Source of the DNA: Podarcis liolepis
Lineage: Eukaryota
Direction: 5' to 3' (one strand)
Assembly (NCBI GenBank): GCA_965112155.1
Contig: OZ218099.1
DNA length: 64,000 bases
Part shown: positions 53,625-64,000 of the stretch, in pieces
How positions within the stretch are numbered: position 1 is the stretch's first letter
Layout: every line of letters starts with the position of its first letter
Position numbers and translations under genes: made by a program
Notes under the pieces: generated by a model
The model's input: the letters and a program-made list of their open reading frames with translations, nothing else
Databases searched by the model: none
Told to the model about the DNA's origin: nothing

Positions 53625-54918
53625 ATTTCAACTGACAGGGGCAGGGAACTCTTTGTGTTCTTCCATGGTTGCTCAGGACTGTTTCCTGTATTCCCTGGGT
53701 TTGCAGCAGGGTGTAGCCAATGTCAAGCCCTCCAGCTGTTGTGGACTACAACTTCCACCCTTCCTCTGTGTGCTGTGCTGTGGTTGGGGATGATGGGAAT
53801 TGTAGTCCAAACATATGGAACACACTGTGTTGGCTACTCCTGGTTTGTAGGTGAGGTGCAGACCTTTCCATTGATGCTTTTTGTAGCTGCATGATTTTTG
53901 ACTATTTGTATTGTGGTTGTTTGCTGGCTTTGTAAATTTCAAGGAATTTGGAAACTGCTTGTTCATATGGTTTATGCCAAGAGTTGGGAACCTGTGGCCA
54001 TCCAGAGAACGAATGCTGTCTGCAGTGAACATGACAAGCGGCTGGGGATTATGAGGATTATTGTCCAACAACATCTGGCCACAGTTCTCCATCCTTTCCT
54101 CAAGCAGTCTTGCATCTTCTCCAGCTTTTTTACCAAGGCTATCAAAGAAGGGTTGTATTTTTATTTTTTGGATGGGGGAATATATGGAATATTCCCTTAG
54201 TGCTGTTCCTTCCTTCAGCAAATCTCTTTCCCCCAAACCGTGGAGCACACTATATGATTGGGAAGGAGACACAAACATCTCTCATCCACCTTTTCCTCTG
54301 GAAAAATGAAAACAGTGAGGGCTAAATGAAAATGCCAGCTTGTCTAATGCCAAGCCATTAGCCACTGGATTCAGGATACAAAGAGTATTTGTGTGTACTG
54401 GCACATCCCAAGTGTTGAAGGCCATTCCTTGTTTAGAGTCTGTTGGCACACACTTAAGAGTACCTCGGGATGCTTCCACATAGCCTTCTCTCCCTCTCCC
54501 CTCTGCATATAAAGAGAGCCCATCCTGCACCATCAACCTGTGAATCTAGCTATTGGCACCATTCACTTAACTGGTTTATTCCAGAGAATCCCAATGATGT
54601 TCCTGTCTCAAACTGTTGCACTCACACTTTCCCAACATGTCACTCCATTAAAAAAAATAAAAAGTGTCAGGTTCAGATTGCTTTTGGAGTTTCTTGCACG
54701 ATTGTAATGCTATTTCCTTACTTGGTTTGAAGGTGTGGCTTGCAATGTACTTGGCGATGGGGCTGTTGTGTAGCCTTTCTTCCTCTCGCCATTACCTGCT
54801 TGCTGCTCCATCATGTGGCCTCTTCAGAACCATTGCCCTGCTGTAGCATCTGGACTGTATCTGAAAGTGAGTTTAAAGGGGGAAAGGATCTGAAATGACC
54901 ACGGGTACTCTTATGGGA

Positions 54919-55270
54919 GGGACACGGGTGGCACTGTGGGTTAAACCACAGAGCCTAGGACTTGCCAATCAGAAGGTCAGGGGTTTGAATCCCCGCGACA
55001 GGGGTGAGCTCCCGTTGCTCGGTCTCAGCTCCTGCCAACCTAGCAGTTCGAAAGCACGTCAAAGTGCAAGTAGATAAATAGGTACCACTCCAGCGGGAAG
55101 GTAAACAGTGTTTCCGTGTGCTGCTCTGGTTTGCCAGAAGCAGCTTAGTCATGCTGGCCACATGACCCAGAAGCTGTACGCTGGCTCCCTTGGCCAATAA
55201 AGTGAGATGAGCGCTGCAACCCCAGAGTTGGCCACGACTGGACCTAATGGTCAGGGGTCCCTTTACCTTT
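54919..55270 (+). mobile_element. Sauria SINE (Squam1-type), full length
   Basis: GGGACACGGGTGGCACTGTGGGTTAAACC head, B-box-like ggtttgaatccc, 3' end ...gactggacctaatggtcaggggtccctttaccttt; 12-bp TSD tactcttatggg (54906-54917 and 55270-55281). Confidence 0.92.
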
Positions 55271-56959
55271 ACTCTTATGGGGGAAAGGTGGGCAGGGAAG
55301 ATTTACCCCAGTTGTAGCAACTGGTAGGAATTCTTGTGTCAAGGGAGAGTGAAAAGAGAGGACAGGCTCCTTCCATATGTAATGAATTGTCTGCAAGATG
55401 GAATCTCAGTAAATATAGTGAGTTATGCTGAAGTTTTCCTTTCTATACAACTACTAAATATGCAAAAGCCTCTTTTTTTCACCTGGTCTGTATTGTGCAA
55501 ATAATAGCACATTAGGCTCATGCTTCTGGCATGGCACAACTTTGAGGAAGTTGCAAAGCTGTGCATAATTCCCTTGAGTCTTTCCCTGAAAGAGAGGTGC
55601 TGGGTGCTATTTTATCTCAGTCTCGTGGTTGGTGACAAATGTCTAGCTTAAATGTGAGTGGATGTGAAGTGGCCTGAGAGCACCCAAAATAGCTGGATGA
55701 AGTTCAGGCAGTGGGGGCTTCCCCTGGGCCCAGAGCCCTCCCAAGACTCTACTGATTTTGGCAGCAGTAGCAAAAAGAAAAGAATAAAAGAATAAAAATA
55801 AAACAAGCTGGGATGGGGTTCCACAACTTGGAACCAATATGTTCAGCACCCTAATGGGGATGTTAATAATCACCTGTAATCAGCTGAAGTGTACATGTGA
55901 GGGTCACACCCACTGCTACTGTGGAAGGTTGGCCAAGGGTGAACATGATCCTCAGGCAAAAGGAAGATTGGTCAACTCTGGAAGGGATGAACACCACAGA
56001 CACTCTCTCTGTGTACTTCCAGGGATATGTTGCTACACAGGCATGTGCTTGGATGATTCAGATGAGAGGGGGCATTGACTGGATTCAAATGCTCCTCCTA
56101 CATACCTCTTCTGAACACAATTGCTTCTCTGGAAGTGGCAGCTTCCGGTAAGCCAAGAGGAAGCGGTGCCTGCATCCTGATGAACAGCCAGTTTCTTAAT
56201 AATGGTGGAGGAAAAGGGAGCCTTTCTTAATTACAACCTTGCTCTGTCCCTGTCAAATTACTGAGTTGGAAATGCAGAGTCTTTCATTAAAACTTTATCT
56301 ATGTAATTAGAAATTATATATACCTACAGCAGAGAGCACCTTCATGCCTCAGTCGCTCTCTTTAAAGATACCTTGATGCTATCTGACTAAAGCCGGGGGT
56401 GTGATCAGAATCCCCTTTCTTCAGATATCAGAGCCTTTCTGTCTCCCCAAGAGGGAATGTAGTGTGGTGCTCACATTTTAGTTCCAGCTTTTCAGCCTCT
56501 AAGTTTCTGAACTCTTCCCCTCCCAGCCGCTCCCAAATGCGTCCAGTGCATCATTGTTTGGGAGGCAGCTGTTCTATTATGCATTCACCCCCTGAGTAAG
56601 CCTCGCTTACACAACCAAGAGTGTAACATCCAGTAGGGCTACTGGATCAAACCAAAGTTCTATCTAACAAGCACGATGTTTCCTACAGGGTCTGGCTAGA
56701 TGCCTCTCGGAAACCCAGAAGCAGGATATGACAGTAATAGCCCCCTCCTGTTGTTTCCCAGAGGCAAACTGTATATGGTATGGGAGGTAATATAAAGCCG
56801 AGATAGCCTTACCCTCCACAGCATTTTCTTGTTCCTTTTTAACACATCTAAGTTGCTGGCCACAACTGCATATTATGGTCACAATTTCATAGTTGAGCTG
56901 CCTTGGTCGTAAAAATATTTGCTTTTGTCTGCTCACAATGTAACTTCATTGAGGAAACA

Positions 56960-57200
56960 CTTTGCTTCAAAGAACTCCGGACTTCTAATTTACTCATGTC
57001 ATTGGTGCCAATATGCACCATGACAGATGACTCTTCCCTAGTACTGTCTACCAGCTTATCTAGGCAAAGGTTGACCTCTACAACTTTCACATCAGGCAGG
57101 TAAGTGGACATGCAGTCTACATGCCCATCACAAACCTCTTTCTATTGACTGAATTATTTACTACGAGGAACCCTCTCCCACTGGAGGCACATCCTTGTCA
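56960..57200 (-). mobile_element. CR1 LINE ORF1 (SGNH esterase-like) remnant
   Basis: TYLPDVKVVEVNLCLDKLVDSTREESSVMVHIGTND, homologous to the 5960 remnant; probably extends further toward ~57900. Confidence 0.7.
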
Positions 57201-58489
57201 CAGGAGGATACAGTATTGGTTCACCCCACCTTAGGTTCCTTCTAAGAGATTCCTCTTTCTTGGGGCACCATCCTCTGCCCCGAGACCATCATAACAATAC
57301 AGGTGATTACCCTGGATGCTGCTATCTCATCCCCAAAAGGACTCTTCTACCAGTCTCTGTCTCTCAACTGTGTCTCTCACCTTGGCCTCATTTCTCTTGA
57401 GAGCCAGGAGCTCATTGCACTAAGCATGGTTTTTGTCCAGCAGACAGGTAGTGTCACATGTATAGCTATTTTCATAACTCTTTTGATTGGGTGGCGGGAG
57501 GGTGAGTTTGAGGGCTTTTGCCTTTTCCACCCTGTCACTGAAATCACACAGGTGCCTAACTTGCTTGTCTGCTATACTGTTTATCTCAACGCTTTAGCGC
57601 TGGGGTGGAAATGGTTTGTCTGCTGGGCCTCCCCTTGTGCTCTTAGCGGATTGTTTATCCCCTCGCAGCTCTCCTGTGAATCCTTGTCTACAGGAAGGAT
57701 TTTGATAAGTCTACTTCCCTCTCTGCCATTGTGCCTTGTTTGGCTATCTTGGGTTATTCACAGGGCACTGTGCTTCTCTAGAGAACCCCAGTTCACCCCA
57801 CCCACTCAGACTTAATAACCTTGCTGCTGTTATGCTTGTTTATCTTAGGAAAGGGAGGCGAGTTGGAACACCTGATCTTGCCAGAGGTTTTGGACACTGT
57901 GCTGCAGCTCTTGCTCCTGTCGAGGTGGCAGTTCTGAGGGCACCGGCTTTGTTCTACAACCCTGAGCCATGTTGATTTTCTCTCCAGGCATGCCTGGGAG
58001 CTGATGTTCTCTGTTCATGACCAGGCTAATTCAATTTCAGATGCAGTGTCTGTCTATCTCTTTGACTAATCACCAATCCAATAATGGGAGATTGGAGAAG
58101 GCAATCCCATTTGTATTAAAATGCATTTAAGGCTCAGTGTGCAGAGAGGATCAACTGTGTATTAATTTGCTAGACCTCTTATTCCGGCGTGAGGAAATTA
58201 TAGTGCAGCACACATTGTCTGGGTCACCTTCTGGCTGCAAAGTAGTTTTAAGGAGTGACCTTTTCAACTTCTGACCATTTTGTACCCCCTTGTGAAGCAG
58301 GTGATGTGGTTAAGGGTACACGTCTCACATCTTGTCCATGCACTGACCCCTCTGATGTGGTTAGGAAATATAAACCCTCTCAGAAGCTCTTGAGAACTTG
58401 TAATAACTCCAGCTACGATTGTAAACATTAAAGATTGATTAGCCCAATTTCTCCAAACATGTCTCTACTGCCTTATTCGCACAGGGACA

Positions 58490-58668
58490 CAGGAGGCTGC
58501 CTTATACTGAATCAGACCATCCTGATCAGACCATCAATCCATCTAGTCTGGTGTTGCCTGCAGCAACTGGCAGTGGTTGTTCAAGGTGTCCAAGGGATGC
58601 TGGGGATTGAACTTAGCACCTTCTGTACACAAAGCAGATTCTCTGCCACTAAGCTATGGCCCTTCCTC
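58490..58668 (-). mobile_element. Old tRNA-derived SINE
   Basis: Reverse strand reads ggccatagcttagtggcagagaatctgctttgtg...gttcaatccccagcatc...gtctgattcagtataaggcagcc. Confidence 0.6.
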
Positions 58669-59438
58669 ATTAGAAGCCACGTGCAAACAACAAGGAAATC
58701 GTAGGTACTGTGCAACTAATGCAAACTGCAAAACATGCACTTGAAACGACTGCTGTTAACGAGCGAGCTGTCCTGGCTCCGGTGAGTTCCTGTTTTAAGA
58801 ACATTCAGGAAGCTGTGTACTCAATCTTCTGAAGGAAGTGAGAAAGGAGAATCTCAGTTCTGCTTCTGGTGATCTGAATGCAATCTTAAAGAAGGTCATA
58901 ACTGTGGTGGTGGTTTTTTCAATATATATATAAAAGCTTCACATAGAGAAGTCCCCTTCTTGACCTCTCACGGCTTCTCCAAGGTGGGAAGCCTGTGCCA
59001 TAGGGAGAAGTCAGTGAAAAGGCTTTCAAGCAGCTGCTCCTTGAGAGCCTTGGTCCAGTGCACCACGGCACTGTTGGATAAATAGAACAGCTTCTGGCAC
59101 ATTGAAAGCTTGCTTTCCTTTTGTGTGCTTTGCCACCAGAGTGGTGTTGGTACCTCCCGTGCAGACGGGGCCCTAAACAAAGAGCTTAATAGCAGGCCGA
59201 TCACATGGCTTCTGCCACCATGTAGCCAATCCCGTTCAGGGGTTTCAGCCTTGTGCAAAGTTATAATTGGCCTCTCCACAGCAGTGTGACTTTTTGTGCT
59301 CTTCAAAAGCTACCTCTTTCTTTATACAGAGGCTGACTGAGAAGGTGGGAGGGTGGCTTTTGTTGAGGGAGGGCACAGAGACCCAATTGTGAAGGTGGAT
59401 GGGTGATGCTAGGGTGGCGCTATATATATATACGAAAG

Positions 59439-59441
<3 letters not shown>

Positions 59442-59485
<44 letters not shown>
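59442..59485. repeat. (AT)n microsatellite
   Basis: Direct reading. Confidence 0.95.
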
Positions 59486-59487
<2 letters not shown>

Positions 59488-60468
59488 GCTGCCTCTTGTC
59501 AACCCATTCTTGAAAACAGCCCACAGGCATTGAACATGGCTCCCTGGAAGGAAGAATATCCTGCTGAAGGGAAACAAAAAAAGCAAATCTTTCCAACAAG
59601 AACTCCTGTGGCCAGCCATTATTCTTTGGACGTCTCACAGAAGCTTGTGTTTCTGCCTGGCTCTCCCCCACCCCCATCCAGTGAAATCTGGTTTGGGGTA
59701 GAATTAAAGGGCCCATTTCTCAAAAGCTGTAGATAAGAATACTGAATACCACAAATCCTGTCCTTGCATTGCGATTGTCAAAGGAAACGACTTGGTAATA
59801 ATAATAACAGCGGACACCTTTCCTTTTCAGTTTATTTGCTAAAGTAGGCAAATAAACAAAGGTTAACAAAAGTGTTCAGGCCATTTAGGGTTTGGCTTAG
59901 GAGTGTTTTCTTCTGGACCATGCCATATCCTTTGATGCTCACCTGCTATTGGAAGGTGGCTGTTGGGCAAAATGAACCATTGCCCTAACACATTTTTTCT
60001 TCATTTTTTAAAAAAGTGTCTGTTCCCCTAAAACTCAGGTCGTTCTTCAATAAGACCATTTTAGCTTTACTGTGTTTAAAGTTTCCTCTCATAATCGCCT
60101 TGGGCTATATCAGAGATGTCTGTTGTAAGGTTAGTGCTGCATTTTTGTTTTTGATTTTTGCAGTGTTCACATGATGTCATTGGCATAAAAATGCCAGCCT
60201 ATATTCTCTCTTCCCCCCTCCATTTAAACCTGCTGTATGTAAGCCCAATCTTTGCTTGGTTTAATTTAAGATGGTAGAGCAGTGGCTTTTACAATTCTCA
60301 TTGAAGTTTACTTGGCCGAGTTGAGCCTTGCTTGCAAGATGGAAGGAAGGCTGATGGCAAAAGAAGCTTGGTGGCAGCAGGAACAGACAGGTGGGTTAAA
60401 GCACAACTGCAGACTGCATGCAGAGCATCTTCTCATGGCCAGTTTTTGATATGCAGCTCTTGAGAGTA

Positions 60469-60947
60469 GCACCACAGCAAGAAGGACACTGACAAACTGG
60501 AACGTGTCCAGAGGAGGGCAACCAAAATGGTCAAAGGCCTGGAAACGATGCCTTATGAGGAACGGCTAAGGGAGCTGGGCATGTTTAGCCTGGAGAAGAG
60601 GAGGTTAAGGGGTGATATGATAGCCATGTTCAAATATATAAAAGGATGTCACATAGAGGAGGGAGAAAGGTTGTTTTCTGCTGCTCCAGAGAAGTGGACA
60701 CGGAGCAATGGATCCAAACTACAAGAAAGAAGATTCCACCTAAACATTAGGAAGAACTTCCTGACAGTAAGAGCTGTTTGACAGTGGAATTTGCTGCCAA
60801 GGAGTGTGGTGGAGTCTCCTTCTTTGGAGGTCTTTAAGCAGAGGCTTGACAACCATATGTCAGGAGTGCTCTGATGGTGTTTCCTGCTTGGCAGGGGGTT
60901 GGACTCGATGGCCCTTGTGGTCTCTTCCAACTCTATGATTCTATGAT
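60469..60947 (+). mobile_element. CR1 LINE, 5'-truncated 3' end (young)
   Basis: ORF2 C-terminus [56 protein letters not shown]...; CR1 3' UTR with (ATTCTATG) octamer tail. Confidence 0.95.
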
Positions 60948-61504
60948 CCAACATGTCTTCTCAATTGTTACCCTGACGGTTAAGTTAGTTGTCCCAGTTA
61001 ATGTGAATGCTTCGAACCTTATAAAGAAATAAAAAATGCAGTTATTGTGTGCCTCAGATATGCCCCTTTGGTCTATTTCCAAAACTGGCTAATTTGGTTA
61101 AGTGTAGACGGTACTGAGTTTTTCTTACCCAAAACTTGGTAGTGATTTCTTCCATTTTCTACAGATTTTAGTGAAGAGTGATTTGGAAACAGTTTTGGGA
61201 TGCTGTCCCAATGCTACCACATTATTGCTGTCTGGAGGGACTTGTAGTGTGACAACGGCAGGACAATGATAAAACAAGAGCATGTGTGTTATAAACAGTT
61301 CTGGGATTTCAGCAGGAAATTCTGGGATGGACTGTGGTTGGAAATAAACCACCCTGAAACCTCTTCAGGTACAAATGGTATTTTAACAGGTATTGCATAT
61401 AACTGACCTGATAGCACTGTGAGCCCCAATCTTTTCTTTATTGTTAATGTTGCTTTTTCTCCAAAGAGCTCAAGATAATAGCACACACACATCTCCCCCT
61501 CTCC

Positions 61505-61625
61505 ATTATACCAATCCCACCCTGTGAGGTAGGTTAGGCTGACAGTGTCTCTCAAAGTCACCTGATGCATTTCACGGCAGAGTGGAGATTTGAACACTGG
61601 TTGCCCGGGTCCTAGTCCAGCATTC
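61505..61625 (-). mobile_element. Old CORE/MIR-like SINE fragment
   Basis: ccctgtgaggtaggttaggctga...caaagtcacc...ggatttgaac-like sequence resembles the body and head of the younger SINEs at 16508 and 26889. Confidence 0.55.
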
Positions 61626-61982
61626 CGGAAAGAAATGAGAGCTCCAAAGAATAGTTGTGGCCTTTCTCTTTTCTTAATGCTCTATTTTACAAAGATGAGT
61701 TCCTTCTTTTTATTGGCCGTTTTAAATGTTTCTCTTCTCCCCTGCTGCATAGTCCTGGGTGTTGTAGTCTGGAGCTGGGATATTCAACAGACTAAAATAT
61801 TTATCACCACAAATCTCTAATAGTGACGGTGGGACTTACATCCTGGCAGTGAGTAAGCAAAATTGAAAGAGTAGCTTCATGTGCCCTGGCAAAGAACTTG
61901 GAAAATATTTTTTTCCTCCACAACCCCCAAAGCATCTTTGTTAAAATATATCAGTCCTACACATATGCATTCAAAAATAATA

Positions 61983-62223
61983 CAGTGGTGCCTCAGGTTA
62001 CATACGCTTCAGGTTACATACGCTTCAGATTACAGACTCCGCTAACCCAGAAATATTACCTCGGGTTAAGAATTTTGCTTCAGGATGAGAACAGAAATCG
62101 TGCTCCGGCAGCGTGGCAGCAGCGGGAGGCCCCATTAGCTAAAGTGGTGCTTCAGGTTAAGAACAGTTTCAGGTTAAGAATGAACTCCGTAACAAATTAA
62201 GTACTTAACCCGAGGTACCCCTG
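61983..62223. mobile_element. Tc1/mariner (Tigger-like) MITE
   Basis: Slightly decayed TIRs (cagtggtgcctcaggtta/taacccgaggtacccctg), TA TSD, same internal sequence as the other copies. Confidence 0.9.
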
Positions 62224-64000
62224 TAAAGTGTATGGGTTTTGTACAGTCCACATGCCCTCTTCCTGCTTAGTGGCTAAACTTTATATGGCCTTTTGAAATC
62301 TCTAGAAGACACATCTTCTCTTCAAGGGCAGGAGAAATATCTTTTTCCCCAGGTCTGAATCTTCTGCACTTCTCAATCGAACGCCTGTTAAATCTGTTCT
62401 TGTAGGAGAGCTAAATCCATAACCGGAGCGATTAAACCAATTTGGCTACATGGAAACAGGGTCTAATTAATCACGCTGTCCAAACTCCTCTTGCTTTATG
62501 GAGCCGCTTCTTATTTTACATTCCTTTCTTGCCACTTGAAAAGCTTCTATGTTAGTCTTAACTTCTTTGAAGCAGATCTTATTGAATTTAAATGTATTCA
62601 CTCAACCATGATTGCTGCCGAAAAGCCCTTGTCTGTGCTGGCAGTCCATGTAGGAGGAATAGTGTTTGGTCTCCTCCTCCTTTCCTACCTCTTTCTCCCC
62701 CCTGCCCGCTCCCCCCCCCAACATGCAGCAGGCAGGGTGAGGAGTTGAAAGATTACTCCCTGGCCTGGATAGGTGGGCAACCATAGGTGGGTGAACAAGC
62801 ATGGGGGGATATCGCAATGCAGCGAGAAGCTCTTGCCTACACAGATAAGTGAGCATTATTCCAAGGAGTCCTGCAGATCCAAAGCATCAAATGTTGGATC
62901 CAAAATGTGCGAGTGCGGTATAGGCTACCAAAATATGTAGAAGTGATTCCTCCTCCTTTTCTTTTTTAATGACTTGTGGCTTGCTTCCTTAGCAGCCTGT
63001 AAAAAAGCTGCTGATGCCTGGTTATTTTGTGGGGGGTTCTGAGCTCTTGAACCAAGAGAGAGAGAGAAGCTTATGAATAATGCAACTTCAGTGAGCAAAG
63101 GGATTAATGAAAGCACAACCCATTTGGTCCGATGGAGGCAGAGTCCTCATTGGGTGCCTCTGCCAACTGAAAACATTAAAGAGGCCACTGAAAAGTCCTG
63201 TAAACTATGCGTATAATTATTGGTGCCTCGTCTTGTGGACTTTGCGCAAGAAAATGGAGCAAGCAAGGAATGGTGGTTGAGATGCGCTTGCATTTCTCTC
63301 CTAGAGCACAGGCCTGGTTGTGTCGTGCAGATGGAAACATACGTCCTGGATGTTGGTGGAATAGCGATTGTAGTCGCAGGACTAAGTAAGTAATGAAGAA
63401 AAGGGTGGTGGGAATTAGCACATTGAAAAGCGCCTCTTGTGTGGAAAGCCCTTGACCACTTTTTTTTTAATCTCTCCCTCCCCCACCCCCGAAATTGGCT
63501 GCGTCTGTTTTGAGTCATTTCATTTCCAAGAAACCTTTCTCCTCCTCCTCCTTCCCTTAACATGACCTGCAAAAAGCCCATGCAGGAAATGGCTGCAGAT
63601 TACTCGACTACCCCTCTGGCCAAGCCATGTGAAATGAATGCCTGATAATGATGAGAGAGTGTCTAAAGGAACGGCTCCGTAAACAGCAGTGAGCTTTTAA
63701 TCTAACCACTATCCAGTCATCTGCACTTATTTTCCGCTCCTTCCCACCACCTCCTTTTCCTAGCAGGCATAAAACCTTGTAGCCATTAAAGGGGTGCTGA
63801 GGGGATCCTTCAGACAATGGAAGGGGCGCCGAGTGGGACAAAAGGAATTCAGATGCGCTCTTGTCTCTTGGGCAAGTGAGAAGCAAGGGGAGTTCTTGTA
63901 AACGGCAGCGGAGCTGGTGTGTCTTGAATGATGCTGACAATTAGGAGTGTCCTGCTGGTTTTTCTGAAACAAACAAATACAAATACCCTATATAAAGAGT

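Noticed and set aside
53673-54278. 201-aa minus-strand ORF, and 170-172 aa ORFs at 32196-32714 and 57303-57815
   Set aside because: No recognisable homology or splice context; the 53.7 kb and 57.3 kb ORFs run through repeat remnants.

Overview
Vertebrate nuclear DNA, almost certainly a squamate and probably a lacertid lizard (a full-length Sauria/Squam1-type SINE with target-site duplication, other tRNA-derived SINEs, CR1, L2 and L1 remnants). The + strand carries the last two coding exons of COX10 (5444-5676 and 17458-17864) and, about 20.7 kb downstream, the CpG-island promoter and first coding exon of HS3ST3B1 (38529-39109). The HS3ST3B1 intron runs past the window end. Nearly all ORFs in the supplied track are spurious. 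The main unexplained signal is just 3' of COX10: two tandem, decayed, minus-strand coding relics (~18816-19730 and ~20098-21330). Their translations line up, motif after motif and in order, with the C-terminal ~450-500 residues of the bornavirus L polymerase. This is a candidate double endogenous bornavirus-like L (EBLL) locus lying antisense to COX10 beside its likely poly(A) signal. The call rests on hand alignment to a Borna disease virus 1 L sequence recalled from memory and needs tblastn/HMM confirmation.
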